NCBI GenBank assembly: GCA_964230215.1
Contig: CAXRGQ010000006.1
Location: forward strand, 174,106-238,105
DNA length: 64,000 nucleotides
Source: Flavobacteriales bacterium
GTDB lineage: Bacteria > Bacteroidota > Bacteroidia > Flavobacteriales_D > JAUILH01
Reading direction: 5' to 3'
A model generated the notes under the pieces. The model searched no databases and was not told the DNA's origin. It was given only the letters and a program-made list of their open reading frames with translations. A program made the position numbers and the translations under genes. Shown here in pieces: positions 10,108-20,720 of this stretch (its first letter is position 1; every line of letters starts with the position of its first letter).

Positions 10108-11888
10108 TGTTAAAGATTGCCTGGAGAAATATCATTCACAACCCGCTAACCAGCCTACTATCTGCTGTATTATTTGCCATTAGTATTGTAATAATTATTC
10201 TACTAAGCCTTGTAGGGCATCAGTTAGATGAAAAGTTTAGTGCAAGTAAAAAACGTGTTAATCTTGTGGTTGGTGCGCCAGGAAGCGAGATGGACTTAAT
10301 ATTGAGTAGCATATACCATATCAGCCCTCCTGTTCAAAATATTAAAATAAAAGACGCTGCATTTATACTTGCTGATCCTTCAGTTAAGGCGGTGCCTCTG
10401 GCAATGGGAGATCATTGGGCTGAAGACGGAGGAACTTCACATAATGCGGAAGTACAAAGGAGACGCATTGTAGGCACCGATACTTCTTACTTGAGTCTAT
10501 ATGACGCTAAGATTGATGAAGGTCGTATTTGGGACACAACCATGGAAGTTGTCATAGGTGCAGAAGTCCATAGTTTAGGCTTAGACATTGGAGATAAATT
10601 CGCTGGTGTTCATGGACTAGTTGGTGGCGGTGCGGACGCTCATGTGCACGAGGATCAATTGTACACAGTAGTTGGAATACTAGAAGGAACGGGTACTGTA
10701 TTAGACCAGCTTATTCTTTGTAACATTCAATCAGTTTGGGCAGTTCACGAGGGACATGGACATGGTGAAGATGACACACCAGTTCAGATAGCAGGCCCTA
10801 AATACACTCAAGTTGAGACTCCCGAGAGATCACAATATCGCTTGCTGAGTGCACAGGAGAAAGATTCGTTACATCTAGTTATTAAGGAAAAAGCAAGCAA
10901 CCTGACTAAATTCAATGATTTCGATAGCTACAACTTAAAATCGCCTACCGATAGCCTTGACAAGTTTAATAATCAACTTTTAAGATTACGATCCAATGTC
11001 AAGTCGATTATAGCAGCAAGTACGCTGCTGAATGCGTCAGATATCACTGCCATAAGCGAGGATCATGAGAATGGCGCCTCAATTAGCGTTCAAGATAGTA
11101 TTCCAATGGCACTAAAAGCTGGGTATGAAGAGATAGGTAGACTTGTAGATTTGTGTAATAATGCAGACTTAAGTCCAAGTGAGATGCTCAAACATGCTCA
11201 ACGTATTGAGGTACTAACGCACGAGCTAATGAATGCCTATAAACTGTTGGAACATGATGCCAATATGCAGGCCAGAAGAAAAATGATGGAAGCACGTGGG
11301 GTAAAGATTAAGCGCCATTATCTATTTGATTACATGGACAAAGAAATTACTTCCATTCTTGTGACATTTAAAGATGGGGCTGGCGGATTTAGATTAGTGG
11401 GACGCATCAAAGAAGATTACCAAAACAAATTGGGTGTAGCTCTGGTAGACGCTCAGGTATCTCAGCTATTTTCGATTATTGAGCCTGCGGTGGACTATCT
11501 TACATTACTTGCGTATATCATCATGTCTATTTCGGGCATAAGCATTCTAATTTCACTATTAAAGTCACTTAGAGAGCGCAAATATGAAATGGCACTGATG
11601 CGGGTAATGGGAGCGACACGGATAAAAATCTTTTCACTGGTTATTATCGAAGGGATTATACTATCCATCCTAGGCTTTATTCTTGGATTTGTATTAGCTC
11701 ATCTGCTGGGAGAAGTGATGAGCAATTACTTAGAAGCAGAATACCACTATAAGTTTAGTGGATTTATTGTGTTAAAATCAGAGTTATATGTATTATTGGG
11801 AACGATTGGTATAGGAATTGCATCTGCTATATTGCCTGCCATATTGGCTATGAGAACTAATATATCATCAACATTAAGCAACAAATAA
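10107..11888 (+). CDS. ABC transporter permease, FtsX/MacB family, with an enlarged His-rich periplasmic domain
   Basis: N-terminal TM helix, a ~430 aa extracytoplasmic insert, and a C-terminal FtsX-type three-TM bundle. Contains GGGADAHVHED and HEGHGHGEDD. Confidence 0.75.
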   Translation: MLKIAWRNIIHNPLTSLLSAVLFAISIVIIILLSLVGHQLDEKFSASKKRVNLVVGAPGSEMDLILSSIYHISPPVQNIKIKDAAFILADPSVKAVPLAMGDHWAEDGGTSHNAEVQRRRIVGTDTSYLSLYDAKIDEGRIWDTTMEVVIGAEVHSLGLDIGDKFAGVHGLVGGGADAHVHEDQLYTVVGILEGTGTVLDQLILCNIQSVWAVHEGHGHGEDDTPVQIAGPKYTQVETPERSQYRLLSAQEKDSLHLVIKEKASNLTKFNDFDSYNLKSPTDSLDKFNNQLLRLRSNVKSIIAASTLLNASDITAISEDHENGASISVQDSIPMALKAGYEEIGRLVDLCNNADLSPSEMLKHAQRIEVLTHELMNAYKLLEHDANMQARRKMMEARGVKIKRHYLFDYMDKEITSILVTFKDGAGGFRLVGRIKEDYQNKLGVALVDAQVSQLFSIIEPAVDYLTLLAYIIMSISGISILISLLKSLRERKYEMALMRVMGATRIKIFSLVIIEGIILSILGFILGFVLAHLLGEVMSNYLEAEYHYKFSGFIVLKSELYVLLGTIGIGIASAILPAILAMRTNISSTLSNK

Positions 11889-12331
11889 TGCGCATATTAA
11901 TAGTACTATCCCTTCTAGTTAGCTCATTCACTGGGTATTCTCAGTCTGAATTGACATGGTCAGATTTGGAAGATGTAAGGATAACAAAAGATTTAGACCC
12001 AGATTACGGGGTTGAAATTGAATATCCGACTTTTGGAAGCGGCGTAAAAAAATTCGATAATAGTGAAGTCTATATTAGAGGTTATTTGGTTCCCATTGAA
12101 ATTGAAGACGGACGTTATGCCCTGTCAGCCAGCCCATATAAATCTTGTTATTTCTGTGGTAAAGCTGGTCAGTGGACGGTAATCGAACTAAACTTAAGTT
12201 CTAAAAGACGCTATTTAGGCTATAAATTGGACCAAGTTCTAACGTTTAAAGGCACATTTAAGCTAAACGAAACGGACGTAACTAAACTAATCTACGTATT
12301 AGATGACGCGGAGCTTTATTACGGTAATTAG
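11888..12331 (+). CDS. small secreted protein with a C-x-x-C motif (DUF3299-like)
   Basis: Signal peptide. Motif SPYKSCYFCGKAG. Paralog of the next gene. ATGA overlap with the permease. Confidence 0.6.
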   Translation: MRILIVLSLLVSSFTGYSQSELTWSDLEDVRITKDLDPDYGVEIEYPTFGSGVKKFDNSEVYIRGYLVPIEIEDGRYALSASPYKSCYFCGKAGQWTVIELNLSSKRRYLGYKLDQVLTFKGTFKLNETDVTKLIYVLDDAELYYGN

Positions 12332-12896
12332 TTCGGTGTTTCTTCTGCTGGGAATCGCTGCATGTAGCTCCAATAGCGAAAAGAAGGAATACAAAACAGG
12401 CTCTTTGTTACTTCCTGAGCATCAGGATACAACGACCATTTATCAACCACTTCCTGACAGTGTCTTTTATGGTGTTAGTTATAACAATCCACAGAATTAT
12501 AAGGGTAAACTATATAACCGAATCACCTTTAAGCATTTAGCAAAAGTAACCAGGGTTTTGGTTCCTATGGAGGAAGATGTGCCGATTGAAGTACTGGATT
12601 TTAGCGATGAAGTAAAAAACCTAGATGGACAAGAAATAATCATCAAAGGGTTCTTGCTACCAGCCATTCACACAAAAGACATGTACGTATTATCTGCCCA
12701 TCCATATAGTAAGTGCTTCTTTTGTAATAAGGCTGGCGTAGAGAGTATCATGGAGATGCATATGGAGAAACCTATTCCCAACCGACCAAAGGTAGACCAG
12801 ATTGTAATTGTTAAAGGACGCCTAAAATTGTACAATATGGATCCTAATCACCTACCGTACACCTTGGAAAATTCGCAAATCATCGGCTATTTATAA
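12303..12896 (+). CDS. lipoprotein with a C-x-x-C motif (DUF3299-like paralog)
   Basis: Lipobox LLGIAAC. Motif HPYSKCFFCNKAG aligns with the upstream paralog. Confidence 0.6.
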   Translation: MTRSFITVISSVFLLLGIAACSSNSEKKEYKTGSLLLPEHQDTTTIYQPLPDSVFYGVSYNNPQNYKGKLYNRITFKHLAKVTRVLVPMEEDVPIEVLDFSDEVKNLDGQEIIIKGFLLPAIHTKDMYVLSAHPYSKCFFCNKAGVESIMEMHMEKPIPNRPKVDQIVIVKGRLKLYNMDPNHLPYTLENSQIIGYL

Positions 12897-12978
12897 CCGC
12901 TTATCTTAAAGCTTGGATATTGTAAGGCTAAGACGCTTATAATTGGTAAATTAGCGGCTCTTAAAAAAGTAACAAGGT

Positions 12979-15168
12979 ATGAAAATTAGAAAGATAGTAG
13001 GCTTAAGTCTGTTCAGTATTATGCTGAGTACACAGGCTATGGCCGACGAAGGGATGTGGCTCTTAACTATGCTTGGTGACAAGTATAAAGACATGAAAGC
13101 CCACGGATTAAAACTTAAGGCAAAAGACATTTATGACATCAACAATTCCAGCCTTAAAGATGCAATTTGTACAATGAATCATGGTTCTTGTACGGCTGAA
13201 GTAATATCAAAAGACGCTTTAGTTCTAACCAATCACCATTGTGGATATGGAGCTATTCAACAGTTCAGTAGCGAAGAGAATGATTACTTAACCGATGGTT
13301 TCTGGGCTATGAAACGATCTGAAGAACTGCATGTGCCAGATATGACCTACACCTTCTTAATTCGCGTTGAGCAAGTTACAGCTAAGGTCTTAGAAGGCGT
13401 TACACCAGAAATGAGTGAAGCACAAAGAGCTCAAATCATTGAAAAAAACGCAGAGACCATTAAAGCTGAGGCTATTAAAGACACACACTATGAGGCTGAA
13501 ATCAAGCCGTTTTATGATGGGAACGACTACTACCTATTCGTTAATGAAACGTTTACGGATGTTAGATTAGTTGGTGCTCCTCCCTCTTCTATTGGTAAAT
13601 ATGGTGGTGATACTGATAACTGGATGTGGCCACGTCACACGGGAGATTTCTCCATGTTCAGAATCTATGCAGGTAAAGATGGAAAGCCAGCTGAGTACAG
13701 CAAAGACAACGTTCCTATGCAAGCTAAGCACCACTTACCAATCAATATCGCTGGGGTACAGCCTGGAGATTTCGCCATGATTCTTGGTTACCCAGGCTCA
13801 ACAGACAGATTCTTGACTTCCTATGGCGTTCAATTAGCTATCGAGAAAGATCAGCCTGCAAGAATTAAAATTAGAGCTAAGAAATTAGAATTGATGAAGC
13901 AAGACATGGACAAGAGCGACAAGGTTCGTATACAGTATGCTTCTAAATACGCTCAGGTAAGTAACTATTGGAAATACTTTATTGGACAAAGTTCGCAGTT
14001 AGTAAACAACAACGTATACGATAAGAAAAAGGCCTTAGAAGACAAGTTTGAAGCTTGGGTGAACAAAGATGAGTCACGCAAGAAAGTATACGGTAATGTA
14101 ATTAAAGACATTGCAGATGCCTATAAAGCAAAAGAGAGCTACTGGTTTATTAGCACCTACCTTGGTGAAGCGGTTATTGGATCTGACTTAAATAAGTTTA
14201 TGTATCGCAACTTACTTGCGAATCTAGGTACACTTGGATCGGAAGATGAGGCTACACTAAAAGCTACAAGAGAATCGATAAAAGAAAGTGCAGAAGCTTA
14301 TTTTAAAGATTACAATGCCTCTACTGATAAAAACATTTATGCTGCAATGATGGCTATTTACACCGAGGATATTCCATCTAACATGCATCCAGAAGAGCTT
14401 ACATCAATTAACGAGGATTACAAAGGAGATATGAGCGCTTTTGCAGAAGATGTTTTTGCTAGCTCTATTTTCACGGATGAAAAACGTTTTAACGAAAATA
14501 TAGACAAACTGACAATGGACATGCTTAAAGATGATAAAGCATTCCAACTAATGTTAGGTTTCATGAAACAGTATGCTGGAAAGGTACAACCAATGTCTGC
14601 CGCGAATGAAGCAAAATTAGAAAGAGCTACACGTTTATTCGTAGATGGTTTGAGAAAGATGGAACCGGGTAAGATATACTCTCCAAACGCCAACTCAACC
14701 TTGCGTTTAACATACGGTAACGTAGGTGGGTATCAAGCTAGAGACGCTGTATACTACACACATTACACAACACTTGACGGTTTAATGGCTAAAGAAGACC
14801 CAACAAACCCTGAGTTTATTGTTCCTGAGAAACTAAGTGAACTCCACAAGAGTAAAGACTATGGTCGATATGCAGAGGATGGCGAATTACACACATGTTT
14901 TATCTCAAACAACGATATAACTGGTGGGAACTCAGGTAGTCCTGTTATAAATGCGCGTGGCGAATTGATTGGTTGTGCATTTGATGGAAACTGGGAAGCC
15001 ATGAGTGGTGACATATTCTTTGAAGATGAATTACAAAGAACCATTAGTGTTGATATTCGCTATGTTCTTTTCATAATCGAGAAGTATGCCGGTGCTAAGC
15101 ACTTAATCGACGAAATGACGATAGTGAACAAGCCAACAAAGCCAATGAAAATGAAGAAAAAGGCTTAG
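12979..15168 (+). CDS. S46 family dipeptidyl-peptidase (DPP7/DPP11-like serine peptidase)
   Basis: Mature N-terminus DEGMWL. Catalytic His in TNHHCGY and Ser in GGNSGSPV. Length is ~720 aa. Confidence 0.9.
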   Translation: MKIRKIVGLSLFSIMLSTQAMADEGMWLLTMLGDKYKDMKAHGLKLKAKDIYDINNSSLKDAICTMNHGSCTAEVISKDALVLTNHHCGYGAIQQFSSEENDYLTDGFWAMKRSEELHVPDMTYTFLIRVEQVTAKVLEGVTPEMSEAQRAQIIEKNAETIKAEAIKDTHYEAEIKPFYDGNDYYLFVNETFTDVRLVGAPPSSIGKYGGDTDNWMWPRHTGDFSMFRIYAGKDGKPAEYSKDNVPMQAKHHLPINIAGVQPGDFAMILGYPGSTDRFLTSYGVQLAIEKDQPARIKIRAKKLELMKQDMDKSDKVRIQYASKYAQVSNYWKYFIGQSSQLVNNNVYDKKKALEDKFEAWVNKDESRKKVYGNVIKDIADAYKAKESYWFISTYLGEAVIGSDLNKFMYRNLLANLGTLGSEDEATLKATRESIKESAEAYFKDYNASTDKNIYAAMMAIYTEDIPSNMHPEELTSINEDYKGDMSAFAEDVFASSIFTDEKRFNENIDKLTMDMLKDDKAFQLMLGFMKQYAGKVQPMSAANEAKLERATRLFVDGLRKMEPGKIYSPNANSTLRLTYGNVGGYQARDAVYYTHYTTLDGLMAKEDPTNPEFIVPEKLSELHKSKDYGRYAEDGELHTCFISNNDITGGNSGSPVINARGELIGCAFDGNWEAMSGDIFFEDELQRTISVDIRYVLFIIEKYAGAKHLIDEMTIVNKPTKPMKMKKKA

Positions 15169-15193
15169 TCCTTATCCTATATTAATACTTGAA

Positions 15194-15221
15194 CCCTCAC
15201 ACTTGTTGTGAGGGTTTTTTG
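15194..15221 (+). terminator. rho-independent terminator
   Basis: Hairpin CCCTCACA / TGTGAGGG followed by a T-run. Confidence 0.7.
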
Positions 15222-15257
15222 TATCTTGTTGTCTCGAAAAATCTAAATAGACATTAA

Positions 15258-16487
15258 ATGAAATATATAATATTCACCGTGGGAGCCCTTTTGAGCTTTA
15301 AGACATTTGCGCAGAACGATAAGGTAGAGTTCAAAAAGTATAAGCCAGGGTATTATCAAAACACCATCCTTAAAGGCATTAATCAATACGAATCTACCCA
15401 GGAACCGGAAGAGGAACATAAACGTGTTAAGGTTGATCTTAAGGGCAAAGACTTACCGAATGATCCAGCCTTATACAAAACAATTTGGCATACCAATCCA
15501 ATTTCTCAAGGGAACACTGGGACATGTTGGTGTTTTTCTACAACATCTTTTTATGAGAGTGAAGTAAAAAGATTAACGGGTAAAGAAGTTAAGCTTAGCG
15601 AAATGTTCACTGTGTATTGGGAATACGTAGAAAGAGCAAAATATTTCGTTAAACACAGAGGTGACATGACCTTAGGTGAAGGAAGTGAAACGAATGCAGT
15701 TGCCAAGATTGTCTCACAATATGGTATAGTTCCGCGAGAGAATTATACAGGTATGCTAGAAGGTCAAACATTCCATTCTCATGAAGTTATGTTTTCCGAA
15801 ATCAATGATTATTTGAGAACGGTGCAGAAAAACAATCAGTGGAATGAAGCATTGGTGGTAGAAACGGTTAAAAGCATTCTAAATCATCATATGGGCGAGC
15901 CTCCATCAAAAATCACCGTTGGTGGAAAAAGCATGACACCTATCGAATATAGAGACAATGTGATTAAACTGGACATGAGCAAGTATGTAAACCTTATGTC
16001 TCTTATGGAGAAACCGTATAATACGCATGCCGAATATGATGTGCCGGATAACTGGTGGAACAGTGCAGATTATAAAAACCTTATGCTGGATGATTTTATG
16101 AAGGCAGTAAAAGGTGCAATAAAAAATGGATACGGTGTAAGTATTGGTGGAGATGTATCAGAAGCTGGATTCGATACCGACGAGCAAGTAGCTATTATCC
16201 CAAGTTTTGATATTCCTTCTGATGCGATTGATGAAAACGCACGTCAATTCAGATTCTCCAACAATACAACTACTGATGATCACGCCATGCATATGGTAGG
16301 TTATTATGAGAAAGATGGCAAGACTTGGTTCCTGATAAAAGACTCAGGTAGCGGAAGTAGAAATTGTGGTCCAGATTGTAAGCAGTTTGGTTATTACTTC
16401 TTCCATGAAGATTACGTAAAGCTAAAAATGATGACCATCACGGTGCATCAGGATGCTGTTAAAGACATTATAAAAAAGGTAAAGTAA
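15258..16487 (+). CDS. C1 family cysteine peptidase (aminopeptidase C / bleomycin hydrolase-like)
   Basis: QGNTGTCWCFS (catalytic Cys) and DHAMHMVGY (His). Signal peptide present. Confidence 0.8.
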   Translation: MKYIIFTVGALLSFKTFAQNDKVEFKKYKPGYYQNTILKGINQYESTQEPEEEHKRVKVDLKGKDLPNDPALYKTIWHTNPISQGNTGTCWCFSTTSFYESEVKRLTGKEVKLSEMFTVYWEYVERAKYFVKHRGDMTLGEGSETNAVAKIVSQYGIVPRENYTGMLEGQTFHSHEVMFSEINDYLRTVQKNNQWNEALVVETVKSILNHHMGEPPSKITVGGKSMTPIEYRDNVIKLDMSKYVNLMSLMEKPYNTHAEYDVPDNWWNSADYKNLMLDDFMKAVKGAIKNGYGVSIGGDVSEAGFDTDEQVAIIPSFDIPSDAIDENARQFRFSNNTTTDDHAMHMVGYYEKDGKTWFLIKDSGSGSRNCGPDCKQFGYYFFHEDYVKLKMMTITVHQDAVKDIIKKVK

Positions 16488-16491
16488 GCTC

Positions 16492-18543
16492 TTGACTACT
16501 TACTTAATAGTACTTGGTTTTCTCGTCGGCTTCATGGTCTTTTTGGAGAGAAGCCAAAAATCGATTAAACTCCCCATTTTAAAGCGCTTTAGAAAAGCGC
16601 TTTATTTGGTTTTTATCGGTGTGATTCCGCTTGCCTACGTGCAATTTAGTTTACCTGATATCCCCGAAAACAAAGGCGACTATTATCTACGTCTGGGTGA
16701 ACACAACAATGATGACATTTACAGAATAAAGGGCTATAAGTACAAATGTATAGAAGACCCTTCATTCTCGAATTTCCTAGCATTATTCGAATTAAACGGA
16801 GAGCATTACTTTGATTATGGCTTAAGTCTTGAAGAAGTCCTCGAAAAATCAGAAATAGATGGACACGAGCTACTGGTTGTTATGTCTTTACATAGTGTTG
16901 TGGCCGAATCAAAACCACTTGATTTAGAGTCATTGGCTTTGCTGGACGAATCAGCGCCGGGCACCAACTTTGTTCTTAGCAAGCAAGCCATTCTTAAAGG
17001 CTATTATAATGAGGCCATAGATTACACCACAAAGGAGACGGAGCATGAAGAGCTGCGTTCTGAAGCATATAATCAATTACAATTTCTCTATCACCCCTAC
17101 CCTGATTCGCTGGAAGCTCTTTATCTAAACTGGGAAGCTGCCAAGTATTTACCTTCACGTGATAAACGCACCTTCTTTTTCGAAAACGGTTATATGGGGC
17201 ATTATTTTAAGCACCTGTACTATGACGCTTATGAGGACACGACTACCCTTGCGCTAATTATAGCGCTAATTGTATGTGCTATTTGGCTGCTGTACATTCG
17301 TAGTTTAGACATCTTTGCACCCGAAAAATGGTTAAACATTCTTTTAGTATTTGCAAGTTCATGGCTGCTGACGGAAGTATGCTTACTTGGCTATGATTTT
17401 GCTCACTTGAGTTTAGACTTCTATCCTGATGGGACTTGGCAAACCGACATCCTATATTGTGTTTTTGTGATTGGAGGCTCCGAGGAAATTGTAAAAGCAC
17501 TTCCATGGTTGCTCTTTGTCTTGATCTTCCGAAAAAAGCGAGAACCATATGATTACATTGTCTATGCAAGTGCATCTGCCCTGGGCTTTGCAGGTGCTGA
17601 AAATGTAATGTATTTCGAAAATTATGACTTTAGTGTAATCGGTGCACGCTTTATCATGTCTACCGTGGGACACATGTTTGACGCCTCCTTAGTAGCTTAT
17701 GGTTTCATTTTAATGAAATACAGATATGTTGATAAAAAATGGGCACCCCTCCTACCCTTTGGTGGATTTGTTGCGGCACTATTAGCACATGGGTTTTATG
17801 ACTTTTGGCTGTTAAGCTCATCTGTTCAAGGCTTATGGATTCTCACCTACGTGTTCTTCATTATCAGCCTGCATATTTGGTTTACTTTCAAGAATAACGC
17901 ATTAAACAACTCTCAATATTATTCGGGTAAAGTTGTTTTAAGGCGAACGTATAGTAGCTTTATACTGCTCGCTGGCTTTGTAACTGCATTAATGATTGAA
18001 TATATAGTTATAAGTAAAACCTTCGGCACAAATAGCGGTGACTCCATACTTAGAAGCAGCTCACTTTTCCTAGGCTTTTTCGGTATGTATCTTATTTCTA
18101 CCTTTGAAAGTTTCACACTAAAACAAGGCGTCTGGGGTAAAGTAAACTTTAGATTAACGAGACGTTTTTCTTCTCTATTCAAATTATCTCACGTAGAAGG
18201 CAAAAACAGAATTGGAGAGGCATATAGACTTTTTACTTCTAAGTCTAACCCTTATGTCGGAAGTCAGTTTCCAGTGTCAGGCGTAATTATCAAGGACGAC
18301 ATTATAATGAATGACAACAATCAGTGGTGCCTATTAGATTTAAATTCAAGCATATTTCTCAATGGAAAAACCATATTTAAAGTCCTAATTAGACCTAACA
18401 TTCCAAGCGAATCACTCGATACTGACAAATTAGAAATACTTTGTTTATTAATTGATAATGAAAACAGAATACATTCAAACGACAAGCTAATCGAAGAATT
18501 TAGCTATATTGGTAAAGTATATAGTAGACCCATAACTAATTAA
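16492..18543 (+). CDS. PrsW-family intramembrane metalloprotease-like membrane protein with extra N- and C-terminal domains
   Basis: Multi-TM core with motifs GGSEEIVKALP, GFAGAENVMY, VGHMFDAS and AHGFYDFW. The track start is TTG, so the true start is uncertain. Confidence 0.6.
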   Translation: MTTYLIVLGFLVGFMVFLERSQKSIKLPILKRFRKALYLVFIGVIPLAYVQFSLPDIPENKGDYYLRLGEHNNDDIYRIKGYKYKCIEDPSFSNFLALFELNGEHYFDYGLSLEEVLEKSEIDGHELLVVMSLHSVVAESKPLDLESLALLDESAPGTNFVLSKQAILKGYYNEAIDYTTKETEHEELRSEAYNQLQFLYHPYPDSLEALYLNWEAAKYLPSRDKRTFFFENGYMGHYFKHLYYDAYEDTTTLALIIALIVCAIWLLYIRSLDIFAPEKWLNILLVFASSWLLTEVCLLGYDFAHLSLDFYPDGTWQTDILYCVFVIGGSEEIVKALPWLLFVLIFRKKREPYDYIVYASASALGFAGAENVMYFENYDFSVIGARFIMSTVGHMFDASLVAYGFILMKYRYVDKKWAPLLPFGGFVAALLAHGFYDFWLLSSSVQGLWILTYVFFIISLHIWFTFKNNALNNSQYYSGKVVLRRTYSSFILLAGFVTALMIEYIVISKTFGTNSGDSILRSSSLFLGFFGMYLISTFESFTLKQGVWGKVNFRLTRRFSSLFKLSHVEGKNRIGEAYRLFTSKSNPYVGSQFPVSGVIIKDDIIMNDNNQWCLLDLNSSIFLNGKTIFKVLIRPNIPSESLDTDKLEILCLLIDNENRIHSNDKLIEEFSYIGKVYSRPITN

Positions 18544-18544
18544 G

Positions 18545-19438
18545 ATGAAGCATTTATCCCTTTTAGCCCTCGCATTCATAGCTCTAGCCCCTATTGTTAG
18601 TAACGCGCAGGACGACGACTTTGATTTCGATTTAGACGGAGAAGAAGGTCCAAGTAAAATCACGAACTTTTATGACACTCGAGTTATTAATGCACATTCG
18701 GTTGAAGTATTGGATGCAAAAACATTAGACTTTAGAATTACGCATAGATTCGGAGAAATAGCTACACCAGCATCACCACGTACATTATTTGGCCTGGATA
18801 ACTCATCTGATATCCGCATAGCCTTCGAGTATGGAATTACAGATAATTTAACGGTTGGTGCAGGACGTTCAAAAGGTTCTGGCCCATACAGTCAATACTG
18901 GGATGGTGTGGCGAAATATAAAATCTTGCAACAAACAGATGATATGCCTGTGTCTTTATCTGTATGTGGATCTGCCTTCTTTACAAGTATGAAAGAGGAC
19001 CCAATCCCAACATCAATTACATCATTTACTAAAACTGCGCATAGATTTGCTTATTATACTCAGATTATCGTATCTAAACGATTTGGAGACCTTGCTAGCC
19101 TGCAATTAGCACCTGGTTATATGCACAGAAATTATGTCCTAGCTGAAGATGATAATGGATTCTTATCAATTGGAGCTGTTGGAAAAATTAAAGTTTACAA
19201 GAAAATAAGCTTTGTTGCCGAGTACAATTACAACCTAAGAAAAGAAACGCTTCTTCAAGGAACTCAATACAGAAATCCACTTGGATTTGGTGTTGAAATT
19301 AAAACATATGCCCATGTATTCCAGTTAAGTTTCATGAACTCTCGCGGGATTGGTGAAGGTCAGTTTATTCCCTTTACCAGCTCGGATTGGGGCGAAGGGC
19401 AATTCAGATTCGGATTTACAATTTCAAGACATTTCTAA
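18545..19438 (+). CDS. outer-membrane beta-barrel-like protein (DUF5777-like)
   Basis: Signal peptide, alternating beta-strand pattern, C-terminal aromatic residue (ISRHF). Confidence 0.55.
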   Translation: MKHLSLLALAFIALAPIVSNAQDDDFDFDLDGEEGPSKITNFYDTRVINAHSVEVLDAKTLDFRITHRFGEIATPASPRTLFGLDNSSDIRIAFEYGITDNLTVGAGRSKGSGPYSQYWDGVAKYKILQQTDDMPVSLSVCGSAFFTSMKEDPIPTSITSFTKTAHRFAYYTQIIVSKRFGDLASLQLAPGYMHRNYVLAEDDNGFLSIGAVGKIKVYKKISFVAEYNYNLRKETLLQGTQYRNPLGFGVEIKTYAHVFQLSFMNSRGIGEGQFIPFTSSDWGEGQFRFGFTISRHF

Positions 19439-19504
19439 GTTGGCAAGGAATTTGTTAACTTGGGTCAACATAAATAATTAATATTCAACATCAAACACAA
19501 AGAA

Positions 19505-20026
19505 ATGAAAGCAAAATCTCTACTTCTATGTTTAGCATTTGTAGCTCTAGGGCTAGGTGCTAAAGCACAAAACATTCCAATTGACACTGATAAGGCAACT
19601 GTGAAATTCACATTTGTTAGCGAAAACACAGATGGCACAATTGGCGGCATTAATGCAAGTATCAACCTTGACAAAGACAATTTAGACAACTCATCTATTA
19701 AAGGATCGGCAGATGTTAACACTATCTCAACTGGAAACGATAAGCGAGATGCTCACTTAAAAGCTGCTGATAAGTTTGATGCTAAAAAATACCCTAAAAT
19801 TAAATTCGAAAGCACTGGCTTATCGCTTGGTGATAAGGAAGTGTATACAATGAAGGGGAAAATGACCATCAAAGGAGTAACAAAAGATGTTACTTTTAAA
19901 TTTAGATATGATGGTAAAGCCTTTAAGGGTAAAACGGTAATATACACAAATGACTTTGGCGTTCATTCTCAAAAGAAAAGAGAAGACAGCAAAGTAGTAG
20001 TATCGGTTAATCTACCAGTAAAATAG
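19505..20026 (+). CDS. YceI family protein
   Basis: Signal peptide. YceI-like motifs (KFTFVS..., DKRDAHLK, MTIKGVTKDVTF). Confidence 0.75.
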   Translation: MKAKSLLLCLAFVALGLGAKAQNIPIDTDKATVKFTFVSENTDGTIGGINASINLDKDNLDNSSIKGSADVNTISTGNDKRDAHLKAADKFDAKKYPKIKFESTGLSLGDKEVYTMKGKMTIKGVTKDVTFKFRYDGKAFKGKTVIYTNDFGVHSQKKREDSKVVVSVNLPVK

Positions 20027-20052
20027 GTATCCAACAAATCGAAAAATAATTC

Positions 20053-20083
20053 GCCCCAAGGTGCACACCTTGGGGCTTTTTTG
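20053..20083 (+). terminator. rho-independent terminator
   Basis: 11-bp stem GCCCCAAGGTG / CACCTTGGGGC followed by TTTTTT. Confidence 0.8.
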
Positions 20084-20099
20084 TTGCTAATTTTGCCGA

Positions 20100-20720
20100 A
20101 TGAATAATCAGGTAAACGCCATCATTAAATCTGCACTTGAAACAGCTATTCCTTATGAAAGCTATGATGCAAGTATGGAAAAGCATGTGGCTGATGGCAC
20201 AACGAGCGGAACAAATCAAAGCGAAAGCTATATTCATTACACTAAGATGAATGCATCCAGAATGAAGCGATGGAATAAAACCTTAGAGCTTAATGAGACT
20301 AGTAAAGCCATACTGCAGTCAGTCGATTCAAATCAAACTTGGTTGATTATAACTGAAGCTTGGTGCGGAGACGCTGCGCATATTCTGCCAGTGATTGCCA
20401 AAATGGGTGATGAAGCCAATGTGGATTTGAAAGTAGTTTACAGAGACGAGCATCCCGAATTAATGGAGCACTTCCTTACCGATGGTGGTCAATCAATTCC
20501 AATAATCATCTGTCTAGACAAGGAGATGAACTATATCTCTCATTGGGGGCCACGTCCAACTGAGCCGCAAAAAATGGTCTTAGAAAGAAAGGCACAAGAA
20601 AATCCTGAGCCTTATGACACCTTCTCAATTAAACTACAGAAGTGGTATAGTTCTGACAAAGGCCAAGCCATTCAGGAAGAATTTTTAGCCAGCTTGAGGG
20701 TCAATTCCAGTGCTCATTAG
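20100..20720 (+). CDS. thioredoxin-fold family protein
   Basis: ITEAWCGDAAHILP motif in a ~200 aa thioredoxin-like protein. Confidence 0.6.
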   Translation: MNNQVNAIIKSALETAIPYESYDASMEKHVADGTTSGTNQSESYIHYTKMNASRMKRWNKTLELNETSKAILQSVDSNQTWLIITEAWCGDAAHILPVIAKMGDEANVDLKVVYRDEHPELMEHFLTDGGQSIPIIICLDKEMNYISHWGPRPTEPQKMVLERKAQENPEPYDTFSIKLQKWYSSDKGQAIQEEFLASLRVNSSAH

